From: an uncultured archaeon
GTDB taxonomy: Archaea > Iainarchaeota > Iainarchaeia > Iainarchaeales > CSSED10-239
Assembly: GCA_964496765.1 (NCBI GenBank)
Contig: CAZCAP010000008.1
Location: forward strand, 1 to 32,000
Length of the DNA stretch: 32,000 bases
Direction of reading: 5' to 3'
A program made the position numbers and the translations under genes. This document shows positions 1 through 6,941 of this stretch, piece by piece (within the stretch, counting starts at the first letter, position 1; the number at the start of each line of letters is the position of its first letter). The notes beneath the pieces are model-generated. The model was not told the origin of the DNA. It searched no databases and saw nothing but the letters and a program-made list of their open reading frames with translations.

Positions 1-36
1 TTTACTACCCACTTTACTACCCACTTTACTACCCAC
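1..36. repeat. 12-bp tandem repeat (tttactacccac x3), in frame, encoding VGSK x3
   Basis: Three exact copies at the window start; probably continues outside the window. Confidence 0.95.
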
Positions 37-1128
37 ATCAATATATAAATTTTTTCTAAATATTACATTAAACCAATCTGTATCTATATTAAATTTAACA
101 TCTGGCACTAGCTTTTTTATTCTTTTAATTCCTGAACCAACCTTCTCAATAAGGTTTGTTCTTAATATACAGTCAGCTAATATTGGATTTCTTAAAACAC
201 TTATCTTTCCAAAGTCTTTTTTGTCAAATAATAATTTACCTGGATTTAATATTTCTACTCTATTAGAATATATTTCAATTAATATTCTTCCTTGTGTAAA
301 ATAATCTCTATGTATCATTGCATTTAATATTGCTTCACGTAATGCTTCTTCAGGGATTTCTGGGGTTTCTACTCTTACTAAGTTTATAATGTCAGCCTTT
401 GTTTTAGTATTTCTTAATATAAATAATAAAGAATTTTCAAAATTGGATATAAAGTCAGAATCAAATACTTTTTTATCAAGCATTACTGCTTTACTATTCC
501 CTTGATACAACACACAACTAATGTCTGCATTTAAAAAGAATTTAGTTATTTTCTTTGAAAATAATAACGCACAAGCATTGTTTGGTATATCATTTGTTAA
601 TAAATTTAGATTTTTAAGTATGTGACTTATAGGTAGACTTTTATTAACATTTGATTTTTTTAAAAAATTATTTAATTTGTTTTTATCAATGTCTTTTAAA
701 TTAAACTCAGAGGTTTGTTTTTCAAAAGATATTTTATTTACATTTTGTAAAAATTCAATTATTTCATTTCTATTTAATTTCTGGGTATTTGCGCCCTGTC
801 TCACATAAAAAGATCCATTAACTGAATAGGGTTTGTCTTTTCCAATAGGGACATATATAATTCCAATATTATCTATAATTTCAAAAGATATAATTAGAGA
901 AGGATCTATATTTCTTGCAATAGTTTGCATTTCTGATTCTAGTTTATTATTTTTACTAATTCCTTTTATTCCTCCATTGTCTTTTACTCCAAGAAATATC
1001 TTACCTCCATCTGAGTTTGCAAATGCGCAGATTTCTTTGCCAATCTCTTTATTATTTAGGCTTTCTTTAAATTCAATAGTATAACCTTCTCCAGTTGAGA
1101 TTATATCTAATATTTCTTGCTTATTCAT
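1..1128 (-). CDS. AlbA_2 (Schlafen AAA_4-like) plus HATPase_c_4-type putative transcriptional regulator/ATP-binding protein, C-terminus cut by window edge
   Basis: Not in the supplied ORF track. I read the minus strand from ATG at 1128 with no in-frame stop to base 1: MNKQEILDIISTGEGYTIEFKESLNNKEIGKEICAFANSDGGKIFLGVKDNGG...YVRQGANTQKLNRNEI...ETPEIPEEALREAILNAMIHRDY...IEIYSNRVEILNPGKL...LIEKVGSGIKRIKKL...VGSKVGSKVGSK. Family motifs recognised by eye. Confidence 0.85.
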   Translation of the reverse strand, partial: MNKQEILDIISTGEGYTIEFKESLNNKEIGKEICAFANSDGGKIFLGVKDNGGIKGISKNNKLESEMQTIARNIDPSLIISFEIIDNIGIIYVPIGKDKPYSVNGSFYVRQGANTQKLNRNEIIEFLQNVNKISFEKQTSEFNLKDIDKNKLNNFLKKSNVNKSLPISHILKNLNLLTNDIPNNACALLFSKKITKFFLNADISCVLYQGNSKAVMLDKKVFDSDFISNFENSLLFILRNTKTKADIINLVRVETPEIPEEALREAILNAMIHRDYFTQGRILIEIYSNRVEILNPGKLLFDKKDFGKISVLRNPILADCILRTNLIEKVGSGIKRIKKLVPDVKFNIDTDWFNVIFRKNLYIDVGSKVGSKVGSK

Positions 1129-1177
1129 GTTGTTTACCTATATAGTTAATTATTACAAAATTTATATATCCCTTTCG

Positions 1178-1201
1178 GGAGGGGGTAGCTGTCCAAGCAA
1201 A
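1178..1201 (-). promoter_or_regulatory. 24-nt upstream element, copy 1 (minus strand TTTGCTTGGACAGCTACCCCCTCC), directly upstream of TATA-like GATATATAAA
   Basis: Matches 21/24 with 11373..11396; both copies sit at the same distance upstream of a TATA-like box and start codon. Confidence 0.55.
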
Positions 1202-1207
1202 ATTCGA

Positions 1208-1726
1208 TTATTTTGTTTTAAACTCTTCTCTTAATTCTGTTAATATTTTACAAAATATTTTTCTTGGAAGGGATTTTGAATCTTTTATTTGAACTAAATG
1301 GATTAATTTTGCGTTCCCTGTTGATAATAATGCTTGCTTCTGATCTGGGTTTTGTAAAAACCTCTCTCTTTCAGCTCTCTTTGCAAGTTCATATAATTCC
1401 TTTGAATCATAAGGGACAGCCTTATTATTATAATAAAGGTTGGTTGGATTTATACCTTTCGATATTAGTTTTGCTTGTATCCAAAATAATTTTCGTGCTT
1501 CTAATCTTTTTTCGTGACCTTCTGGAAATTTAAGACCTTGCCAAAAGCCTTCAAAAGATTCATACTTTACTCCATCTAAAATAAATGGAGATCTTGTAAA
1601 ATTAGATAAGGTGCTTGCAATTCCTTTTCCTTTTGAATTAATATTAATTAGTTTGCCTCTACTTAGCATACAGAATAAATTAACAGTTTTTACAAAATAT
1701 TTATTTGCAAGCTTTCTTAATTTCAT
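1208..1726 (-). CDS. NADAR-domain protein (YbiA-like N-glycosidase / ADP-ribosyl-guanosine hydrolase family)
   Basis: 172 aa with ...TLSNFTRSPFILDGVKYESFEGFWQGLKFPEG... and C-terminal FLQNPDQKQALLSTGNAKLIH, typical of the NADAR fold. Confidence 0.8.
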   Translation of the reverse strand: MKLRKLANKYFVKTVNLFCMLSRGKLININSKGKGIASTLSNFTRSPFILDGVKYESFEGFWQGLKFPEGHEKRLEARKLFWIQAKLISKGINPTNLYYNNKAVPYDSKELYELAKRAERERFLQNPDQKQALLSTGNAKLIHLVQIKDSKSLPRKIFCKILTELREEFKTK

Positions 1727-1793
1727 ATAATATCTATGATTTTTCTTCTTTCCCTTAGCTTTCTAATGCGCGTTAACCGAGCGAAACCGGTTA

Positions 1794-1876
1794 CGCAAAG
1801 GACGAGATTCGAACTCGCGTAGTCGTGAGACTCCAGCTCTCTAGGCTGGCGCGTTTGGCCACTCCGCCACCTTTGC
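1794..1876 (-). tRNA. tRNA-Ser, anticodon reads AGA
   Basis: Acceptor GCAAAGG/CCTTTGC, G73, long variable arm AGTC-TCAC-GACT, T arm GCGAG-TTCGAAT-CTCGT, anticodon arm CCAGC-CTAGAGA-GCTGG. Confidence 0.93.
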
Positions 1877-1914
1877 ATAATATAATTAATGGGAAAAGAG
1901 TATATAAATTGATT

Positions 1915-2160
1915 TTATTTTTCACATTTATCTTTGTTGTTTGTAAACATGCTCTTTGTTACACAAACAAACCAATTAAAGTGTAGTACTATGTGTGTTA
2001 GTGAAAGTATAATAAAAATAATTCCTGAAACATCATGTAATTGAACTAATGTGTGCTTTGGAACTAGTTTTAAAAATAAAATAATTCCTGTTATTGCAAC
2101 TATTATAAATGAAATTGCAAGCAAGATATCTAAAAAATAATTAATCTTAATTTTATTCAT
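1915..2160 (-). CDS. Small integral membrane protein, DUF4405-like (conserved His residues in TM segments)
   Basis: 81 aa, hydrophobic segments with LHDVSGIIFIILSLTHIVLHFNW. Confidence 0.6.
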   Translation of the reverse strand: MNKIKINYFLDILLAISFIIVAITGIILFLKLVPKHTLVQLHDVSGIIFIILSLTHIVLHFNWFVCVTKSMFTNNKDKCEK

Positions 2161-2162
2161 GT

Positions 2163-2498
2163 TTAATGAACTCCTGAACCAGAATTAACTGACTCTGAGG
2201 GGAATAGAAGGGCTTCAACATCATTGTCACCAATTGCAAGTATCATTCCTTGACTTTCCTGACCCATCATTTTTCTTGGCTCAAGATTAACTATTACTGG
2301 TAATTGTTTCCCAACTAAATCTTCTGGATTGTATTTGGTTCCAATCCCTGCAAGTATCTGTCTTTTAAATTCACCAAAATCAACTATTAACTTTATTAAT
2401 TTTGTACTCCCTTCTACTTTTTCTGAAGATTCTATTGTTCCAATCCTAATATCAAGCTTTGAAAAATCCTGATAGGTTATGTTTGGTTTAACTTCCAT
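2163..2498 (-). CDS. tRNA-binding domain protein (MetG C-terminal / beta-subunit-like, CsaA-like)
   Basis: 111 aa: ITYQDFSKLDIRIGTIESSEKVEGSTKLIKLIVDFG...RQILAGIGTKYNPEDLVGKQLPVIVNLEPRKMMGQESQGMILA. Confidence 0.88.
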   Translation of the reverse strand: MEVKPNITYQDFSKLDIRIGTIESSEKVEGSTKLIKLIVDFGEFKRQILAGIGTKYNPEDLVGKQLPVIVNLEPRKMMGQESQGMILAIGDNDVEALLFPSESVNSGSGVH

Positions 2499-2590
2499 AA
2501 TATCTTCACTTTGTTTTATTTATATCTTTCTTTCCGAAAAATCTCTATATTCTTTTGGATCAAACATTTTCTTTTAAAGAAAAGGTTTGA

Positions 2591-2673
2591 CGCAGAGGAC
2601 GAGATTTGAACTCGCGTAGTCGTGAGACTCCAGGTCTCAAGCCTGGTGCGTTTGACCACTCCGCCACCTCTGC
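2591..2673 (-). tRNA. tRNA-Ser(TGA)
   Basis: Acceptor GCAGAGG/CCTCTGC, G73, long variable arm, anticodon arm CCAGG-CTTGAGA-CCTGG, T arm GCGAG-TTCAAAT-CTCGT. Confidence 0.95.
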
Positions 2674-3225
2674 AATAACTGCTCGTGCGGTTAACACACG
2701 AATAGAAAGCCTTTACTTAAAAAACAAGCTAAAAGCTCTATATAGCTATATATAATATATAAGAGATAAAATATATAAACTAAATGTAAACCTAAAAGTA
2801 GAAAAAAAATCCCTCCAAGAATTAGAAAAAAAGAAATTATTAAAATATTATTCAAGATTAGGGGAATCAACACACATCATATAGAATTTATCTTCACCAG
2901 ATCAAGGTTATTCCCCTAAACTATCGTTCCTATTCATTATCACCATATCTTAATACACCACCCTCCTAGATGAAACAGCTCCCTTTCGCAAAACCCTTTT
3001 CTAAAAGATTTTCTTGAGGTTTGCTTGTGACAATCTTCAATCCAACTACTATTAGGACTGTCACATATATATTAATGGGTGGGGGTTTGATGTACAAAAA
3101 AGAACACCCTGAATTAATAGAATGTACTATAATTCATTTAAAGGTAAGGTTAAAGCTAAATAAACCCATATTAACCATAAAAGTTAATTGCAACATAACA
3201 AGAAACAAAAGAAAAAAATTTAGGT

Positions 3226-4599
3226 TTAAACTAAAAATTTTTCTTTAGCTATGAAGAAATCAGATAAGAACTCTAGAACCTCTGTTTTAATAAGATAAAG
3301 ATTTCTTATATCCTGTCCAACAAAGATATTAGTATCTAGTTCACAGTTTTCTGGAAGGAAGTTTAATAGAACTGTCTTAATATCTGTCATCTCCCTTTGC
3401 TTAATTGAATACCATCTATAATCTTTAATGTATGGACCAAGAATAGCTTTTGTGTTATCTAAATAGTTTTGTGAGTTTTTCATATCACAAACAGGTGGAC
3501 CAATTACTTGCTTATAGATTGGAAGAACAAGAGATTCAACTAATATTATTAAATAGCATTTTGTTTCTCCTTCTTTATAGAATATATCATTTTTTAATAT
3601 ATTAAAATCTAAAAATTCAAGATGAGCTATTATTTTTTTTGCATTCTTTCTAACCTTTGACCAAACAACTTCTTTTAGCATGTCCTTAACATCAAACTCT
3701 ATTATTGTTAGTTCAAAGTTATCAAGTAACCCAACCATTTGATGATAGGTGATTTGCTTACTTGGTCTTTTAATAAAGAATTCTTTGCTTGGATGCTGTA
3801 GGAAGCTTCTCGAAGCTGCAATGAACATTGATAATTGCTTATCAGAAACAGCTGAAGCAACATTTCTGTTTTCATCAACAGGATCAATAACAACCAATGG
3901 ATCATTAAACCTAGCTAGATTAATTTCCTGATCCTTAACTAAAGTAAACTTAATTGGTGCTTCCCAGTTTGCTGCATGTGTTAAAAGAGTTATGAAGTCA
4001 CCATAGAATAAAATTAATAACTCACATAGATATCCAGAAAAACCAAATACCTCTGTGTCTGCTCCATAGCAATCAATTGCTTTCATGAACTGTTTAAGTA
4101 TTCTAACTTCATCCTTTTGGGTTGCTTTCATGTTCTTTAGAACGAATAATAGATGAAGAGAGGTTCTATCAACAGCAGAGATTATTTCTTCTCCAGGAGC
4201 TATCTTGTAAGCAGGAACCACTTCTACTTTATAATTATTAATTACTCCTCTTATGTAGGGGTGCTCAGAATAGGCTTTCTCCCAGAAACAACCTTTGAAA
4301 ACAGCTTGAGCAGTTGCAAGTCCTTCTTCAACAAACTCTTCTCTTTTCATGTCCTTTGGATATAAAATAAATATATCAAAATCTTTAGTTTCTGCAAGAT
4401 TTGTTCCTTTTCCAAAGGAACCAGCAACAATTGCAGATAAATGTTTACCAGGCATTTTGCTAATCTTATTAATAATTGAATTAGCAAACTCCTCTTCTTC
4501 AGCAACTTGTTTGCTTGATGGTTTAATCTCTTTTAATATCTCTCTACGAGCTAGCTTGTAGTCTTCAAGCTTAGATTTATCTATATTTAATTGTGCCAT
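3226..4599 (-). CDS. cca: CCA-adding enzyme (archaeal class I tRNA nucleotidyltransferase)
   Basis: 457 aa with nucleotidyltransferase signature AIVAGSFGKGTNLAETKDFDIFILYPKD and overall archaeal CCA layout. Confidence 0.93.
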   Translation of the reverse strand: MAQLNIDKSKLEDYKLARREILKEIKPSSKQVAEEEEFANSIINKISKMPGKHLSAIVAGSFGKGTNLAETKDFDIFILYPKDMKREEFVEEGLATAQAVFKGCFWEKAYSEHPYIRGVINNYKVEVVPAYKIAPGEEIISAVDRTSLHLLFVLKNMKATQKDEVRILKQFMKAIDCYGADTEVFGFSGYLCELLILFYGDFITLLTHAANWEAPIKFTLVKDQEINLARFNDPLVVIDPVDENRNVASAVSDKQLSMFIAASRSFLQHPSKEFFIKRPSKQITYHQMVGLLDNFELTIIEFDVKDMLKEVVWSKVRKNAKKIIAHLEFLDFNILKNDIFYKEGETKCYLIILVESLVLPIYKQVIGPPVCDMKNSQNYLDNTKAILGPYIKDYRWYSIKQREMTDIKTVLLNFLPENCELDTNIFVGQDIRNLYLIKTEVLEFLSDFFIAKEKFLV

Positions 4600-4646
4600 A
4601 GTTATCTTATAAATATAGTAACATTAATAATATAAACCTAATCTAA

Positions 4647-5621
4647 TTGATTATAATTATGATTAAAGATATACTTTATAAGGAACTTAGGAAGATTAAA
4701 GTAAAAGATAAAAGGATAGCAATACAGATTCCAGAGGGATTAAAGCAATACTCTAGAGAGATACTTGATTACTTCAAAGAAAACAATCCAATTCTTCTTG
4801 TTGATCCATGCTATGGTGCTTGTGATACTAGAGATGTGGAAGCAAAGAAATTGGGTGCAACTCTTTTAATTCATTTTGGGCACGAAGGAATGGGTAAGCA
4901 AGCAATTAGAACTATATATGTTCCTCTAAAGTATGAAATTAAGAATTCAGGAATTAAATATATTATTCAGGAAATTAAAAAACTAAACTTTAAAAAAATT
5001 AATCTAGTTACAACAACCCAATATCTTAATATGATACCAATAATTAAAAAAGAACTTCTAAAAAATAAAATTATTGTAAATAAAACAAGAGAAACACAGA
5101 GAGTTAAAGAACACATGGTTCTTGGGTGTGATGCATCAACGATCATTGATAGAACATCACCAATCATTTTTATTGGAGATGGAGCTTTCCACGTTAATAA
5201 TCTTGCTTTTCTTTATTCTAATCAAAGAATATTCTCAATAAGCCCAATAGTTAGAGAAATTAAAGAAATTAGAATAAATGATGAATTCACAAGAAAAAGA
5301 TATGCAATGATTGGAATTGCAAGAACAAAAACAAGATTTGGGATATTGGTATCAACCAAGAATGGACAGAACAGATTAAAGCTTGCTCAGGAGATTAAAA
5401 AATACTTAGAGAAACATAAAAAACAAGCATACATACTTGCTAGTGATTATATTAAAGAAGATTATCTTATTGGAATAGATGTTGAATGTTATATAAATAC
5501 TGCTTGTCCAAGAATCACCTATGATGATAGTTCTTCATTTAGGAAATCGATTATTTCTGCAAGCGAAGCATTAACCTTGTTTGATAAAGAAAAAGAAATT
5601 AAGATTGATCAAATAAATTAA
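4647..5621 (+). CDS. dph2: Diphthamide biosynthesis protein Dph2-type
   Basis: IAIQIPEGLKQYSREILDYF...LLVDPCYGACDTRDVEAKKLGATLLIHFGHEGM and DYLIGIDVECYINTACPRITYDD. Confidence 0.9.
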   Translation: MIIIMIKDILYKELRKIKVKDKRIAIQIPEGLKQYSREILDYFKENNPILLVDPCYGACDTRDVEAKKLGATLLIHFGHEGMGKQAIRTIYVPLKYEIKNSGIKYIIQEIKKLNFKKINLVTTTQYLNMIPIIKKELLKNKIIVNKTRETQRVKEHMVLGCDASTIIDRTSPIIFIGDGAFHVNNLAFLYSNQRIFSISPIVREIKEIRINDEFTRKRYAMIGIARTKTRFGILVSTKNGQNRLKLAQEIKKYLEKHKKQAYILASDYIKEDYLIGIDVECYINTACPRITYDDSSSFRKSIISASEALTLFDKEKEIKIDQIN

Positions 5622-6418
5622 TTATTCTGATCAATGTTTGCATCAAAGGCGTTGGTATCTAATTGTATGTTTGCATCGATTGGAGTATTACTATCAATTG
5701 AATTAGTGTCTAGTGTATTTGAATCATTCATTTTTATCTTGAAATCATTTATTGATTTTTCAATCTCTGCAATGTCCTTGAACAATAAACTGGTTGTAAG
5801 AACTACTGCTCTTTGAAGCTCATCCTTGGTTTTTGTTTGAATGTAAATATATCTTTCACCAAGATTAGCATTAACTAGAACTGTTGATTCCTTTAGAGTA
5901 TCCTTTGGGAAATCAATGATTATTTCAGTTACTCCTGAATTTAATAGAGAATAGCACTCTTCTGGGGTTAGTTCTTTATTTTCATAGTAGTCTCCAAGAT
6001 TTGATTGACAACTAATTGTTGCTCTTGTTTCATCCATAACATTAACTATGATTGTTACGTTCTTGTTCTCATAGGCAAGAACAGTTAATAGATAGGTTAA
6101 TTGGGAAGTGATTTGACTTAAATTATTCATGTCCTCTGGAAGAACATCAAGAATAAGGTAGATGTTTTGATCTTTGGATATACTCTCCATTGCATCCACT
6201 AAATAAAAGTCTCCTGATCTAAAGGTTATTCCACTTTCCTTATCCACGAATCCATATTTGTTCTTTTGAATGAATGTGAACACAAGATAAGCAAGAACAA
6301 GAAGAATAATTATAATTACAACATAGATGAAAATGTTTTTTTTCATTTTTTTTTCTTTTGCATGTTGCTTTATTTCCTTTGCGGTCTGTATTTTCGCCTG
6401 TGAAATAATTTGTTCCAT
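5618..6418 (-). CDS. Hypothetical membrane-anchored protein with Asn/Asp-rich C-terminal tail
   Basis: Single N-terminal TM segment NIFIYVVIIIIILLVLAYLVFTF; tail NSIDSNTPIDANIQLDTNAFDANIDQNN. Start may be internal (MKKNIF). Confidence 0.7.
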   Translation of the reverse strand: MEQIISQAKIQTAKEIKQHAKEKKMKKNIFIYVVIIIILLVLAYLVFTFIQKNKYGFVDKESGITFRSGDFYLVDAMESISKDQNIYLILDVLPEDMNNLSQITSQLTYLLTVLAYENKNVTIIVNVMDETRATISCQSNLGDYYENKELTPEECYSLLNSGVTEIIIDFPKDTLKESTVLVNANLGERYIYIQTKTKDELQRAVVLTTSLLFKDIAEIEKSINDFKIKMNDSNTLDTNSIDSNTPIDANIQLDTNAFDANIDQNN

Positions 6419-6431
6419 AATATCACTTCAT

Positions 6432-6926
6432 TTATTTTAAGTTTAATTTTAGTTTTAATTCCTTAAGATTCTTAACTTCGTTGTTAGTTGTTTTAATCAA
6501 TATATATTTTACACCCTTTCCCTTTAAAATTGTTTCAATATACTTAGTCTCCTCACAAAATAAGTTTTCTTCTATCTTTGCAGGCAAATAATTTCTTTCT
6601 TCATACCTTCTTCTTAATAACTTAAGATCGGTTTCTAGAAGAACAATTCTTTTGAACTTCATTAGATTACTCTTGGACATCTCTGGCCAGAGATGACCTT
6701 CAAAAATTAGATTTTCGTTCTTATGGGTTCTAATGAATTTACTAAATTCCTTATTTAGTTTTGTGATATCAACAATATATTCTTTTTCTTGATTATCCTT
6801 TTCTCCAAGCTTGTTTGCTAATGAAAAGGATTTATCATTTACAACTTTATAGGAATATTCCTTTCCAAGGATCTTAGACAAAGTTGTTTTTCCTGTTCCT
6901 GGATACCCTGTGATTAGCAAGTACAT
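6432..6926 (-). CDS. Fap7/hCINAP-like adenylate kinase family P-loop nucleotide kinase
   Basis: 164 aa with P-loop ITGYPGTGKTTLSKILG and NLIFEGHLWPEM...RIVLLETDLKLLRRRYEERNY. Confidence 0.8.
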   Translation of the reverse strand: MYLLITGYPGTGKTTLSKILGKEYSYKVVNDKSFSLANKLGEKDNQEKEYIVDITKLNKEFSKFIRTHKNENLIFEGHLWPEMSKSNLMKFKRIVLLETDLKLLRRRYEERNYLPAKIEENLFCEETKYIETILKGKGVKYILIKTTNNEVKNLKELKLKLNLK

Positions 6927-6941
6927 AATTAATTCATCAAT

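Noticed and set aside
1-36. CRISPR-like array at the left edge
   Set aside because: 12-bp units are contiguous with no spacers and keep an open reading frame.
833-1084. Plus-strand ORF (83 aa)
   Set aside because: Antisense to a clearly coding AlbA_2-type gene; no recognisable features.
1264-1533. Plus-strand ORF (89 aa)
   Set aside because: Antisense to the NADAR gene, which has clear family motifs.
2691-2873. Minus-strand 60-aa hydrophobic ORF
   Set aside because: Low-complexity AT-rich sequence directly upstream of tRNA-Ser; no start-site or family support.
3021-3248. Plus-strand 75-aa ORF
   Set aside because: Overlaps the structured spacer and the 3' end of cca; composition looks like shadow coding.
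3708-4561. Several plus-strand ORFs inside cca (3749..3931, 4153..4365, 4349..4561) and minus ORF 3708..3905
   Set aside because: Alternative-frame shadows of the well-supported cca gene.
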